The notes under the pieces: generated by a model
Told to the model about the DNA's origin: nothing
The model's input: only the letters and a program-made list of their open reading frames with translations
Databases searched by the model: none
Made by a program: the position numbers and the translations under genes
Shown: one piece after another, positions 10,789 through 20,712 of the stretch
How the letters are laid out: every line of letters starts with the position of its first letter
How positions within the stretch are numbered: the stretch's first letter is position 1
Assembly (NCBI GenBank): GCA_943356495.1
Contig: CALRFF010000001.1
Coordinates: forward strand, 92,864 to 156,863
Direction of reading: 5' to 3'
Length of the DNA: 64,000 nucleotides
From: Candidatus Nomurabacteria bacterium
GTDB taxonomy: Bacteria > Patescibacteriota > Minisyncoccia > Phycocordibacterales > SBAW01

Positions 10789-10852
10789 ATATACGGCAAT
10801 TGCCCCGCGGATACTCCGAGGGGGTAGTGAAAGACACTATATCATGAGGATC

Positions 10853-10880
10853 AAGAAAAAGCCCCGAATTGCTCCGGGGC
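10853..10880 (-). terminator. rho-independent terminator (GC hairpin + U-run) downstream of the small ORF, upstream of uvrA
   Basis: GCCCCGAATTGCTCCGGGGC hairpin followed on the minus strand by TTTTTC. Confidence 0.5.
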
Positions 10881-10887
10881 TTTCGTC

Positions 10888-11037
10888 TTAGTCGTCGCCG
10901 GGTTTTGGGTCCCGCCGTTGCCGTTGCTGGAGTTGCTCGCCCTGCGCCTGTTGCGGCTGCTGTTGTCGAAACAACTCTTGGTTGCGCCTTTGCTGCTCCT
11001 GTTTTCGCAGCTCTGCGGCGTCGCCTTTCTCCGCCAT
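10888..11037 (-). CDS. small Gln/Arg-rich hypothetical protein (49 aa)
   Basis: [49 protein letters not shown]. Perfect SD AGGGAGG 5 nt upstream of the ATG. Terminator directly downstream. Not in the ORF track (under 60 aa). Confidence 0.35.
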   Translation of the reverse strand: MAEKGDAAELRKQEQQRRNQELFRQQQPQQAQGEQLQQRQRRDPKPGDD

Positions 11038-11092
11038 GACAACCTCCCTAGTGCTGCCTCACGCACGCAATACTACTCCTGTAATCGTACTC

Positions 11093-13144
11093 CTATTTTT
11101 TAGTGCGCTTTGCAGTTGTCCCCTGTCCGCTAAGGGCGTACATTTCGTCGCGGATAAGGGCGGCACCCTCGAAGTCGAGATTTTTAACGGCCTCGGCCAT
11201 TTCTTTGCGCTTTGCAGTAATAAACTTTTTCGGATTCTTTTTATACAACTCTTTATCTATTTCGAGCATCGAGACAACCGCCTTGCTGTGCTCGCTGCGC
11301 AACTCCTGCGTAATATCTTTAATTGCCTTTTTAATACTCGTCGGGGTAATACCGTGCTTGGTGTTATAAGCGGTTTGTATAGTACGGCGGCGGTTGGTCT
11401 CGCTTACTGCTTTTTTGAGCGAGTCGGTTTCGTGGTCGGCGTACAAAATAACGCGGCCGCCCACGTTGCGCGCCGCACGACCGATGGTTTGTATCAAGCT
11501 GGTCTCCGAGCGCAAAAAGCCTTCTTTGTCGGCGTCGAGTATCGCCACCAGCTCCACCTCCGGCAGGTCCAAACCTTCGCGCAGTAGGTTAACGCCCACC
11601 AACACATCGTAGGTGCCTTTACGTAAGTCGGTCAGCGTTTCGATACGCTCAAGTGTTTCCACATCGCTGTGCAGGTAGGCTGCTTTTATCTTGCGCTCTT
11701 TTAAATACTCACTCAAATCTTCGGCCATCTTTTTAGTAAGAGTGGTAACCATCACCCGCATGCCTTTTTTGATTACCTTTTCCGCCTCCTCCAAAAAGTC
11801 CTGCACCTGACTTTTCTGGAAGGCTAAACCTTCCAGTTTATTACCGGTTACAGGGCGGACAATAATTTCGGGGTCGATAAGGCCGGTCGGGCGGATAATC
11901 TGCTCTACCACATTGTTGCCGCTGTGCTCTTTTTCGTAGGCACCCGGTGTCGCCGACGTATAGATAACCTGCCCCACACGCTCTTCAAACTCATCGAACT
12001 TCAGCGGGCGGTTGTCGACCGCGGAGGGCAGGCGGAATCCGTACTCGACCAAGTTGTCTTTACGCGAACGGTCGCCGGCGTACATGCCGCCTATCTGCGG
12101 CACGGTTACATGCGACTCGTCGATGACGGTTAAAAAGTCCGCCTTGCCGTCTTTGGTGTGCGGAAAGTAATCGAGCAAGCTGTACGGCGGCTCTCCGGGC
12201 TTGCGGCCGTCAAAGTGGCGGGAATAGTTTTCTATCCCGTTGCAGTAGCCCATCTCGCGGATAAGCGCGAGGTCGTGGTTGGTGCGACGTTTAATGCGCT
12301 CGGCCTCGAGCAACTTGCCCGCGCGTTCAAACTTTGCCAACTGCTCTTTAAGCTCAAACCGGATATCTTCAATCGCACGGGCGCGCTCATGCTCGGGCGT
12401 AACGTAGTGTTTTGCAGGGAAAAGAAATATCGAGTCCGGCGCCTCCTTCTCCTGCCGGGTAATAGCGTCGATAACCCGAACTTTATGAATAGTCTCGCCC
12501 TCAAAGTCGACACGGTAGAGCACGCGCTCGCTGGTCGGCATTACTTCAACACTGTTGCCGACGGCGCGGAATGCCCCCGGCGTTAGGTCGGCGGTGGTGC
12601 GCTCAAAGTACACGCCTATAAGTTCGCGGATTAATTCCGCGCGATTCTTTTTTACCCCTTTTTTTAACTCCAAGTGCATCTTGCGGTACTCGGTGGGGCT
12701 ACCTAAACCGTAAATGCAGGACACCGAAGCAACCACAATGACGTCGCTGCGGGTAAGCAGTGCTTGAGTGCTGGCATGGCGGAGGCGCTCTATTTCTTCG
12801 TTAATCTGCGCCTCTTTCTCTATATACGTGTCGGAGTGTGAGATGTAGGCCTCCGGCTGATAGTAGTCGTAATAAGAGACAAAGTAGTGCACCGCCGCGT
12901 CGGGAAAGAACTCACGGTACTCCTGCGCGAGCTGGGCCGCCAAGGTTTTGTTGTGCGCAATGACTAGTGTGGGTTTTTGGACCGCGGCGATAACATTAGC
13001 CGCGGTAAAAGTCTTGCCCGAGCCGGTAACGCCCAAGAGCGTCTGGTGCCGCTCCCCGCGCGTGAGCCCCGCCACCAACGCCTCGATAGCCTTGGGCTGG
13101 TCGCCGGCCGGTATGTGCGTCGATTTAAGTACGAACTTTTGCAT
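11093..13144 (-). CDS. uvrB: excinuclease ABC subunit B
   Basis: Helicase motifs (GVTGSGKTFT), beta-hairpin region, C-terminal UVR domain. 683 aa. Ends with TAG. Confidence 0.95.
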   Translation of the reverse strand: MQKFVLKSTHIPAGDQPKAIEALVAGLTRGERHQTLLGVTGSGKTFTAANVIAAVQKPTLVIAHNKTLAAQLAQEYREFFPDAAVHYFVSYYDYYQPEAYISHSDTYIEKEAQINEEIERLRHASTQALLTRSDVIVVASVSCIYGLGSPTEYRKMHLELKKGVKKNRAELIRELIGVYFERTTADLTPGAFRAVGNSVEVMPTSERVLYRVDFEGETIHKVRVIDAITRQEKEAPDSIFLFPAKHYVTPEHERARAIEDIRFELKEQLAKFERAGKLLEAERIKRRTNHDLALIREMGYCNGIENYSRHFDGRKPGEPPYSLLDYFPHTKDGKADFLTVIDESHVTVPQIGGMYAGDRSRKDNLVEYGFRLPSAVDNRPLKFDEFEERVGQVIYTSATPGAYEKEHSGNNVVEQIIRPTGLIDPEIIVRPVTGNKLEGLAFQKSQVQDFLEEAEKVIKKGMRVMVTTLTKKMAEDLSEYLKERKIKAAYLHSDVETLERIETLTDLRKGTYDVLVGVNLLREGLDLPEVELVAILDADKEGFLRSETSLIQTIGRAARNVGGRVILYADHETDSLKKAVSETNRRRTIQTAYNTKHGITPTSIKKAIKDITQELRSEHSKAVVSMLEIDKELYKKNPKKFITAKRKEMAEAVKNLDFEGAALIRDEMYALSGQGTTAKRTKK

Positions 13145-14348
13145 AGGAACTTAAAAATGTATCACGGAATGCATGAAAGTTCCCGTCTAGTATCGACTGG
13201 CGGATTTTGGCAACAAGGTTGGTAAGGAAAAAAATATTGTGCATGCTCGCCAAGATAGGCCCGAGCATTTCGTGCGTACGGAAGAGATGGTGTATATAGG
13301 CGCGCGTATGCTCGGTACATACCGGACACGTACAGCCATCGTCGAGCGGCCCCCAGTCCTCTTTATACTCGGCGTTTGGTATCTGAATCTTGCCTTGTTT
13401 TGTGTAGATACCGCCCGTGCGCCCGTTGCGGGTCGGGAGCACGCAGTCAAAGGTGTCTATCCCCGCCTCCACCCCGATAAACATATCCTCGGGCTCGCCG
13501 ATACCCAGCAAATGCCGAGGCTTTTCTTTGGGCAGCTCGCGGTTGACCTTGTCTAAAATCCCCAAGATGTCGTGCTTGCTAAACGAGCCGCCGATGCCGT
13601 AGCCGTCAAAGTCCATCGCGGCCAGCTCTTTGGCGCTTTGTATGCGCAAGTGCGCGTAACGTCCGCCCTGCACAATGCCGTAAATACCCTGTTTGGCATT
13701 AGCGCTCAGATTTTGCCGGTGCGCCTTAAGGCTGCGGTCAGCCCACCGATGTGTCCGATCAGAAGCCTCTTTTTGATACGCCTCGTCGGCGGCCGGCGAA
13801 GTGCACTCGTCAAAGGCAAAAATAATGTCAGCACCGAGCTTGTGCTGTATCTCAATAGAACGCTCGGGCGTAAAGCGGTGGAGCGAACCGTCTACATGGC
13901 TGGTAAACGACACACCCTCTTCGTCGATGATCGCCAGTTTGCCGTGGCTGGTAGCCAGCTCCTCATCAAACACGGCCATGCCCGCCTCGGGCGCCGCGGC
14001 CTCGGGTAAAAACTTAGAAAGTTTTTTGCCGTACCCTTCGCCGAGCGAAAATACTTGGAACCCGCCCGAGTCGGTCATCGTAGGGCCGTCAAAACCCATA
14101 AACTTTCCCACCCCGCCTGCTTTTTCTATCAATCCTTCCCCCGGGGAGAGGTACAAGTGATAGGTGTTGGCAATAAGCGTTTGCACACCAAGCGCTTTAA
14201 ACTCGCTGGCCTTAATGCCTTTAATGTCGGCTTTGGTACCCACCGCCACAAACGCGGGGGTTTGTATATCGCCGTGCGGCGTACGCAAAATGCCGGCCCG
14301 CGCCAAACCGGGACCCTCTTTTATAATGTCTAACGACACCGGGCGCAT
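13125..14348 (-). CDS. tgt: queuine tRNA-ribosyltransferase (tRNA-guanine transglycosylase)
   Basis: TGT motifs (FMGFDGPTMTDSGGFQVFSL) and zinc site CxCxxC...H (GCTCPVCTEHTRAYIHH). Confidence 0.9.
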   Translation of the reverse strand: MRPVSLDIIKEGPGLARAGILRTPHGDIQTPAFVAVGTKADIKGIKASEFKALGVQTLIANTYHLYLSPGEGLIEKAGGVGKFMGFDGPTMTDSGGFQVFSLGEGYGKKLSKFLPEAAAPEAGMAVFDEELATSHGKLAIIDEEGVSFTSHVDGSLHRFTPERSIEIQHKLGADIIFAFDECTSPAADEAYQKEASDRTHRWADRSLKAHRQNLSANAKQGIYGIVQGGRYAHLRIQSAKELAAMDFDGYGIGGSFSKHDILGILDKVNRELPKEKPRHLLGIGEPEDMFIGVEAGIDTFDCVLPTRNGRTGGIYTKQGKIQIPNAEYKEDWGPLDDGCTCPVCTEHTRAYIHHLFRTHEMLGPILASMHNIFFLTNLVAKIRQSILDGNFHAFRDTFLSSYAKVRT

Positions 14349-14365
14349 AAAGAGTAACTATACAA

Positions 14366-14399
14366 AGAAAAAAGCCCCGCACCAATTTGGTGCGGGGCC
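14366..14399 (-). terminator. rho-independent terminator after the 129-aa gene
   Basis: GCCCCGCACCAATTTGGTGCGGGGC hairpin followed on the minus strand by TTTTTTCTTT. Confidence 0.6.
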
Positions 14400-14421
14400 G
14401 TACGGGCATGACGAGCCGAGT

Positions 14422-14811
14422 TCAGGCCTTCTTCGCCAACTCGCCGAAGCGGTAGGCCGCGGTGTGTCCGTCCATCGCGACGGAGTGCGTGTGGCAGTAG
14501 CACACGGCTTCGTGGATGGCGTCCGGGTCGGTGCCGAGGACGTTCATGACGCCGCCGACGGTCCCGTCGGTCGTGGCGCCCAGCGAGCCCAGATGCTGTT
14601 CGACGGCGCCGAGAACGGTGCCGGCGGTGGGGAGCGCGCGCAGCGCATCTTCGGTCATATGTTCGGTCTCGATCAGGAGGTCAAAGCGTTCGTTAGCGCG
14701 CTGCTTGAACATGTCCGCGACGCTCTGGAGGAGCTCCTTCCGCGTCATCGGCACATCACGCCGAGCCTGTCCCGCTTGCACGAGTGGGCCCAAGTCTTTG
14801 TGCTTCGTCAT
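14422..14811 (-). CDS. hypothetical protein (129 aa), high-GC
   Basis: SD AAGGA 8 nt upstream and a clean terminator downstream. C-terminal CYCHTHS motif. No family recognised. Confidence 0.5.
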   Translation of the reverse strand: MTKHKDLGPLVQAGQARRDVPMTRKELLQSVADMFKQRANERFDLLIETEHMTEDALRALPTAGTVLGAVEQHLGSLGATTDGTVGGVMNVLGTDPDAIHEAVCYCHTHSVAMDGHTAAYRFGELAKKA

Positions 14812-14866
14812 GGCAAGGTCCTTTCCGGTTGAAGGTGCCCCAATGGCCGTCCTTCAGTTGCACCAT

Positions 14867-14897
14867 AGCAAAACCCCGTTGAGTTTTCAACGGGGTT
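14867..14897 (-). terminator. rho-independent terminator after the FKBP gene
   Basis: AACCCCGTTGAGTTTTCAACGGGGTT hairpin followed on the minus strand by TTTTGCT. Confidence 0.5.
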
Positions 14898-14914
14898 ATA
14901 AGATAGCGTGCGGG

Positions 14915-15415
14915 TTAGTTTGCTGCCGGCGTAACAGACAAGAGTTCGACCTCAAACAGGAGCGCCGAGTTCGGTGGGATAGGACCGACCGCTTGCGAGC
15001 CGTATGCCATTTCCGGCGGGATAAGCAGCGAGCGCTTGCCGCCGACCTTCATACCGTTTAGGCCCAAGTCCCAACCCGAGATCACTTCCCCCACCCCGAG
15101 GGTAAAAGTAAAGGGTGCGCGGCCTATCGAAGTATCAAACACCGTACCGTTGGTGAGCTTGCCCGTGTAATTGACGCTAACCGTGTCGCCGGCTTTTGCT
15201 GCGGCGCCCGTGCCCAATACTTGGTCGGTTACCACCAACCCCGTTGTCGCGCCCGCGTTATCTTGCGGCATAGATGATGAAGATGAAAAAAGATTACCTC
15301 CTATAAAAAAACTCACAACCACCAGCGACACCACTACGGCGATGCCTGTTTGTATTTGTTGCTTAGACATACGAAATATACTACCACACCTAGCGCTCGG
15401 TACTGGTAGCGGCAA
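14915..15415 (-). CDS. FKBP-type peptidyl-prolyl cis-trans isomerase, membrane-anchored
   Basis: C-terminal FKBP domain (GDTVSVNYTGKLTNGTVFDTS...GWDLGLNGMKVGGKRSLLIPPEMAYG). The true start may be the internal MSKQQIQ near 15370. Confidence 0.8.
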   Translation of the reverse strand: MPLPVPSARCGSIFRMSKQQIQTGIAVVVSLVVVSFFIGGNLFSSSSSMPQDNAGATTGLVVTDQVLGTGAAAKAGDTVSVNYTGKLTNGTVFDTSIGRAPFTFTLGVGEVISGWDLGLNGMKVGGKRSLLIPPEMAYGSQAVGPIPPNSALLFEVELLSVTPAAN

Positions 15416-16304
15416 GGGTAAGCACCACCTCTGGCCCGCCGCTTAAACCGACTCCCGCCGCTTGGTTGCCCGAGATAGAAAGCAGGGAGCCGTTAAACAC
15501 TATAAAGAAGGCCGCAATACCCGCCACCACCGCCCCGGGCAGAATAATATGCATCCCCTGTACTTGTATATGGAAGAAAAATGCCAGTGCGATAAGCACC
15601 ACCAAGAGCGAGGCAATGCCACCAAAGATCCAGGCACTGGTAGCACGCGGGTCGCTTACAAGCTTAGGCAGTTGCCGCACAAACGCATTAAATGTATTGG
15701 ACGGGGCGGCACTTACCTCGGCACCCAGCACGCGACCCATCGGCGCACCGAAGTACTGCACTACATAGGTGGCGTGTGCGCCTTTGTACATACCCTCCGC
15801 CAATCCTATGCCTATTTCGCGATAGGCGGGTTTAACAATGTTGGCGCGATGCGTAGGTGAGGCCATCCACGCAGTAACCACATCTTTAGAATCGATAAAT
15901 CGCACGGCTAAATTCTCCCCTGCATATTTATAGTCATAGCCGGCCGCGGAGATAAAGTCCCACGGTTGTGTGCCGTCGGGAGACACGTGGGCAAAATACC
16001 CTTTGGCCGCCATATCATCGGCTTTAGCTTGCGCGGCGAGGTCAAGCAACGGATTATCTGCGAGTAGGCCGAGGCTTTGATTGCTCCGCTCTGTGTTGGT
16101 AAGCGCCACCAACTCACCCGCTATCACGCTTGCTAAAAAGGAGCCCCCCGACTGGCGCGCCACCAAACTGGCAACCAAAAATCCTTCGGTCGCCAGCACC
16201 AGCGCCAAAAAAAAGACCATCCATCCGCGGCGCAGCAAATGGGGGCGGTAGGCGTTGGTATGATGCGGCACGATATGATTTAAAAAGCGTCGCCACAAAG
16301 ACAT
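15390..16304 (-). CDS. CAP (SCP/PR1-like) domain membrane protein
   Basis: Central CAP-like segment (YFAHVSPDGTQPW...ENLAVRF...TAWMASPTHRANI) flanked by TM helices. Confidence 0.55.
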   Translation of the reverse strand: MSLWRRFLNHIVPHHTNAYRPHLLRRGWMVFFLALVLATEGFLVASLVARQSGGSFLASVIAGELVALTNTERSNQSLGLLADNPLLDLAAQAKADDMAAKGYFAHVSPDGTQPWDFISAAGYDYKYAGENLAVRFIDSKDVVTAWMASPTHRANIVKPAYREIGIGLAEGMYKGAHATYVVQYFGAPMGRVLGAEVSAAPSNTFNAFVRQLPKLVSDPRATSAWIFGGIASLLVVLIALAFFFHIQVQGMHIILPGAVVAGIAAFFIVFNGSLLSISGNQAAGVGLSGGPEVVLTLAATSTER

Positions 16305-16320
16305 GCTAAAATTTTAGCAT

Positions 16321-17097
16321 ATGAAACGCGGTGTCTTGGTGGCGCTTTTACTTATGCCGTCGGTTGCCTTTGGCGCCGGTTTTGCCAAACAATCGCTTTT
16401 TTTGTCGCGTCAATCGGTCACCGAGGGCGAGACGGTGCAGCTGCATGCGGTGCTTGCCAACGAAGCGGCGGCGGCATTTACCGGCCAAATACTCTTTAAC
16501 GACAGCGGTACAAAAATAGGCGCGGTACCCGTAACCCTTGCGTCCGGAGAAGGTACCGTGGTGTCGGTGTCCTGGAAACCGCTTGCGGGGTCGCACCCTA
16601 TAACCGCCGAACTTACAGACTCGGGCGGCGCAGTGGTGGAAACATTAAAGGAAACGTTTACCATCGCCGCAAAACCAAAACCGGTAAGTAGCGGCGGGTC
16701 CGGCGCGGCGGTTATCGGGTCCTCTCAGGGTATCCAAAGCGGCATCGGCAACGTATCGCCCGAAGTTGCCGGCGTTATGGCGCCGGTCTTTACGTTGGTA
16801 GACGGCGCACGCAGTAGCATTGCCGATGTGCTCGACGCGCAACTCACCGGCACTAAAGCCGCTATCGGCCCTTCGGCCGGCAACCCGGGACAGGTCCTTT
16901 CCGCCGAAGCTACAAAAAACGCCGCAAGCAACCCTATGGGCGCATTGTGGTTTATCCTGCAGACGCTCTACTTTTATCTACTGACTATCCTGCGGTTTAT
17001 TGTGGGTTCGGCGGGGGTCTTTTACCCGCTTGTGGCTGTCGCCTTTTTGTACTTTTTGTGGAGGATGTTCCGTCGGTTTAGACGCCCGAGCTACTAG
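16321..17097 (+). CDS. hypothetical secreted protein with C-terminal membrane anchor
   Basis: Signal peptide MKRGVLVALLLMPSVAFGAG, beta-rich Ig-like middle, C-terminal hydrophobic helix. Confidence 0.5.
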   Translation: MKRGVLVALLLMPSVAFGAGFAKQSLFLSRQSVTEGETVQLHAVLANEAAAAFTGQILFNDSGTKIGAVPVTLASGEGTVVSVSWKPLAGSHPITAELTDSGGAVVETLKETFTIAAKPKPVSSGGSGAAVIGSSQGIQSGIGNVSPEVAGVMAPVFTLVDGARSSIADVLDAQLTGTKAAIGPSAGNPGQVLSAEATKNAASNPMGALWFILQTLYFYLLTILRFIVGSAGVFYPLVAVAFLYFLWRMFRRFRRPSY

Positions 17098-17506
17098 TGG
17101 TACGCCAGTGCCATATCCCAACAACAAAGGCGAGTACGGTAACGAGCGCCGATATCAAACAATACTGGCAAAATGCTCCTATTTGTATCGCCTGCACATA
17201 GCCGATAGCGTGTACTGAATACAAAAAACCTATACCGGTATATACAAGCGCGCCTATCCGCAGACCTTTTGACTCCGGGTCAATGCTCAGCAGTATTGCT
17301 AGGCACAAAAGATATACGTAATACACAAGCCCGATGTACGAGAGCGGTACGCCGAAGAATTTGGAGTACACACTGGTAAGCACCGTCTCGCACCCGCCGA
17401 TAGCGCACGTGGGTATCAGGTTCAGATACTGAAAGTACGAAAGGTACAGTGTGTCGCCCAGCCCGACCATCGCAAGCGCCAACAGCCAATAGGGAGTAAG
17501 TTTCAT
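17078..17506 (-). CDS. vitamin K epoxide reductase (VKOR) family protein
   Basis: Four TM helices with a CxxC pair (CAIGGC) in a loop and CQYC in the last helix. Confidence 0.65.
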   Translation of the reverse strand: MKLTPYWLLALAMVGLGDTLYLSYFQYLNLIPTCAIGGCETVLTSVYSKFFGVPLSYIGLVYYVYLLCLAILLSIDPESKGLRIGALVYTGIGFLYSVHAIGYVQAIQIGAFCQYCLISALVTVLAFVVGIWHWRTTSSSGV

Positions 17507-17511
17507 ACTGG

Positions 17512-18090
17512 TTAGTAGGTAAACTGTACGGAGGAAAGTACGGTGTCAAAGTCTTTACGCACTTGATCTTCCGGCGTTAGCCAGCCGCCCTCAAACAGAA
17601 ATATCTTGCCTTTGTAGGCAACCGCGACCGCATTGGTTTCGTATAGCCCCGAGTAACGGTACGCCAAAGCCGGCTGCCCGCCCACCGTAGTGCTACCCAA
17701 CCCGCCGTCCTGCAACGCCAACTTCCAGTTAGAGCGCGCGTCGCCGGTTACCCACGCGTCGAGCGACAGGCCTTCGGTATTTACAAACACGCTCATGCTT
17801 ATAGCGGGCGGCCCTTCCCCGCCCGTGGGCGGCACATAGTCTTTAGGCACGAGCGTCAGCACGTCCCACGAACGCTCGGCATTGCCCTCGATGCGCGAAG
17901 ACAGCCGGTATGTCGGCGGATACGTAAAGGAGACCCCGTCTTCGGATGAGTACTCCGACATCAGGGGTGTCTGCACACCGCCGGTGCCGTCGAGTTTGCT
18001 TACCAAGTAGCGCGAGGTAAGAAACGCCGAGCCAAAAGCGACGATAATAACAACCAGTACTACCAGCAATAGTTTACCCATATTCTGCAT
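17512..18090 (-). CDS. hypothetical membrane-anchored protein
   Basis: N-terminal TM helix (LLLVVLVVIIVAFGSAFL) then a soluble domain. No motif recognised. Confidence 0.45.
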   Translation of the reverse strand: MQNMGKLLLVVLVVIIVAFGSAFLTSRYLVSKLDGTGGVQTPLMSEYSSEDGVSFTYPPTYRLSSRIEGNAERSWDVLTLVPKDYVPPTGGEGPPAISMSVFVNTEGLSLDAWVTGDARSNWKLALQDGGLGSTTVGGQPALAYRYSGLYETNAVAVAYKGKIFLFEGGWLTPEDQVRKDFDTVLSSVQFTY

Positions 18091-18091
18091 A

Positions 18092-18487
18092 CTACTCTTT
18101 TATATCACGCCTCTGCTCGCGGTGCCTTACTGTGTGCTCATCCATGCCAAACAGGTGGGCAACCTCGTGCCAAATGGTTTCGCGGATTACTCTGCGGATA
18201 TCCATGCCGTCCTCAACGGCGGCAGCCTCTATGGGACGCTGGTACAGCGTAATAGTGTCGGGCATTGTGGTACCCATACCGTACAGGTCGCCGCGCATCG
18301 GGTACGGTATACCTTGGTATAACCCTAGCAAAGTCTCCCCCTCCTGCAACCCTTCGGCCGCACGCACCTCGGCCGACGGTTCGTCCTCTACCAAAAACGC
18401 CACGTTTTTAATATGCGGGCGGAACTTTTCGGGGATAGCGTTGGGAAACTCTTCCTCCAGCAATTGTTCAAATTCCTCCCGGATCAT
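18092..18487 (-). CDS. zinc metallopeptidase-like protein (HExxH)
   Basis: 131 aa with HEVAH motif (TIWHEVAHLFGMDE). Confidence 0.55.
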   Translation of the reverse strand: MIREEFEQLLEEEFPNAIPEKFRPHIKNVAFLVEDEPSAEVRAAEGLQEGETLLGLYQGIPYPMRGDLYGMGTTMPDTITLYQRPIEAAAVEDGMDIRRVIRETIWHEVAHLFGMDEHTVRHREQRRDIKE

Positions 18488-19011
18488 TTTAGTAGACGCT
18501 TAAACTTAAGCTGCACTTTCTCTACCTTGGGGGCGATGACGAGTTGGCAGTAGCCCGCGTCTTTATGGGCCTCATAATATTTTTTGTGATAGTCCTCAGC
18601 CGGATAATACGCGCCCAAAGGCTCTACGGTAGTAACAATACGTTTAACACTCGCCGACTTGTTTAACACATCTATATAGTGCTGGGCCTTTTGCCGCTGG
18701 CGCTCGGTAGTGTAAAAAATGGCCGAACGGTATTGGGTGCCGATGTCGTTACCCTGCCCGTTTACTTGGGTCGAATCGTGCGCGGTAAAAAAGACGTGGA
18801 GCAACTCCTCAAACGCAATCTCATCAAGATCAAAAACAATTTTTGCCACCTCTACATGGCCGGTATCGCCGCGACTCACTTGCTCGTAGGTCGGGTTGGC
18901 ACTCTTACCCCCCGTATATCCGGGCTCTACCGATTTAACACCCTTAAGCATGGCAAAAACAGCCTCGGTGCACCAAAAACATCCCCCGCCGAAGACGATT
19001 GTCTCTTGCAT
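18484..19011 (-). CDS. msrA: peptide-methionine (S)-S-oxide reductase
   Basis: Active-site GCFWC at the N-terminus (VFGGGCFWCTEAVF). Confidence 0.9.
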   Translation of the reverse strand: MQETIVFGGGCFWCTEAVFAMLKGVKSVEPGYTGGKSANPTYEQVSRGDTGHVEVAKIVFDLDEIAFEELLHVFFTAHDSTQVNGQGNDIGTQYRSAIFYTTERQRQKAQHYIDVLNKSASVKRIVTTVEPLGAYYPAEDYHKKYYEAHKDAGYCQLVIAPKVEKVQLKFKRLLK

Positions 19012-19015
19012 AGGG

Positions 19016-20689
19016 CTATCTTACAGGCAAGTCGAGTTTAGCAATAGCGTCGGCGAAGGTGAGGCCGACTTTTTTGCCGGGGTTAAATATGTTGTGCGGA
19101 TCGAAGATTTTCTTAACCTCTATAAACAGCGCCAGCATCTCGGGGCCGAACATCTTTCCTACATACGGGGTACGGATAAGGCCGTCGTTATGCTCGCCGG
19201 AAATAGAGCCGCGATACTCCACCACTAAGTCGTACACTTTGTGCGACAGCTCGTCTATAACGCGCACGGTATCGGCGCGGGTCGGGTCAACCAGCGGAAT
19301 GATATGGAAGTTGCCGTCCCCCACATGGCCCGCCACCGTATACACCAAATCGTATGTTGAAAGGATTTTTTCGAGCTTGGGCAAAAACTCGGGTAAGGTT
19401 GCGGGCGGCACCACGAAGTCGTCGATAAACGGCGCGGTGCGTTTGCCCCGTATTTTTTTCCACAGCAGGTTAAAGCTTTCGCGCCGCACAGCCCAGTACT
19501 TGCGCGCTGCGGCCTCGTTTTTTGCAACGCGTACTTTTTCGTGTGTCTGATTGTTCCGCACTTCGGCCGCAAGGGCTTCGGCCTTCTGCAGCGCTTCTGC
19601 CTGCGTGTCGGCCCTAAACTCTACTATCAGGACTAATTTCGGTATGCCGCCGGTCAGTGCCATCCACAGCTCGGGCAAAAACGACAACCCCAAGCTAAAC
19701 ATCCCCGCCTTCATTTGCGTCGCCAGCTCGGGCAAGTACTTCATCGCGATACTAAACGTATGGTCGTCGTACGACTCGAAGCTGTCGGGCTGGTACTTAA
19801 GCACTTCCGGCACCAACACGCCAAGTTGTGAAAGATTTTTTACAAAAATAACCGTCATGGCGGCAAACGGCTTAGGATGCACCAGTTTATATTTTATTTT
19901 GGTAATAATCCCGAGCGTGCCCTGCGCCCCGACCATTAGCCGCGCAAGATTAAGGTTGCGTACACCGTCGCCGATGTCCCACAGCGCGTAGCCGGAGGAA
20001 TTTTTTTCCACATACGGCTTATTTTTTTCTATCACTGCGGCGTGCACGGGCGTCGCTACCAGCGCGCTTACGCGCCGGTACAGGTCGCCTTCGTAACCAG
20101 CTTCGGCAAGTTTTGCCGTAAGCGCGTCGCCGAACAGGTTTTTAAACGTATGCGGCTTGCCGTCGGCAAGCACTACTTCCATTTCTTCCGCGTAGCGCGC
20201 GGTCTTGCCGTACTGTAAGTTTTTTTCGCCGCCGGAGTTGTTGGCCGCCATCCCGCCCACGGTGTTTAGCTCGCGGCTGGCGGTGTAGCTCGGCAGCTCT
20301 AAGTCTTTCTTTTTTGTCTCTTTGTCAAAATCCCTAAAATACATCCCCGGTTCAACCATTGCGTAGTCTTCCCCCAACTCGAGCAGCTTATTAAGGTGCG
20401 CCGTAGTATCCAGAATAATCGAGTCGTTAAGCGGCCCGCCGGACATGTCGGTGCCCGCCGCCCGCGCGGTTATCGAGAGGCTAGACTTGGGCGTCTCTTT
20501 GGCTTTAGCGACATAGGCCACTGCGGCGCAGACGTCGGCCACATCGAGCGGTCGCACCACTACTTGCGGCAGCACCCTAAACAGGCTGGCATCACGAGAA
20601 TTCTTTTCTAACGTTGCGGGGGTGTCATCAACTTCTCCACGCACCACAGCCCGCAGATCCTCCGACAAAGACATGCGGTAATTGTACAA
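19016..20689 (-). CDS. FAD-linked oxidase (GlcD/D-lactate dehydrogenase family)
   Basis: FAD-binding PCMH domain motifs (GAGTDMSGG ... VGAQGTLGIITKIKYKL), 557 aa. Confidence 0.8.
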   Translation of the reverse strand: MYNYRMSLSEDLRAVVRGEVDDTPATLEKNSRDASLFRVLPQVVVRPLDVADVCAAVAYVAKAKETPKSSLSITARAAGTDMSGGPLNDSIILDTTAHLNKLLELGEDYAMVEPGMYFRDFDKETKKKDLELPSYTASRELNTVGGMAANNSGGEKNLQYGKTARYAEEMEVVLADGKPHTFKNLFGDALTAKLAEAGYEGDLYRRVSALVATPVHAAVIEKNKPYVEKNSSGYALWDIGDGVRNLNLARLMVGAQGTLGIITKIKYKLVHPKPFAAMTVIFVKNLSQLGVLVPEVLKYQPDSFESYDDHTFSIAMKYLPELATQMKAGMFSLGLSFLPELWMALTGGIPKLVLIVEFRADTQAEALQKAEALAAEVRNNQTHEKVRVAKNEAAARKYWAVRRESFNLLWKKIRGKRTAPFIDDFVVPPATLPEFLPKLEKILSTYDLVYTVAGHVGDGNFHIIPLVDPTRADTVRVIDELSHKVYDLVVEYRGSISGEHNDGLIRTPYVGKMFGPEMLALFIEVKKIFDPHNIFNPGKKVGLTFADAIAKLDLPVR

Positions 20690-20712
20690 CTAAAAGCACG
20701 CGCCGTTGCCGT

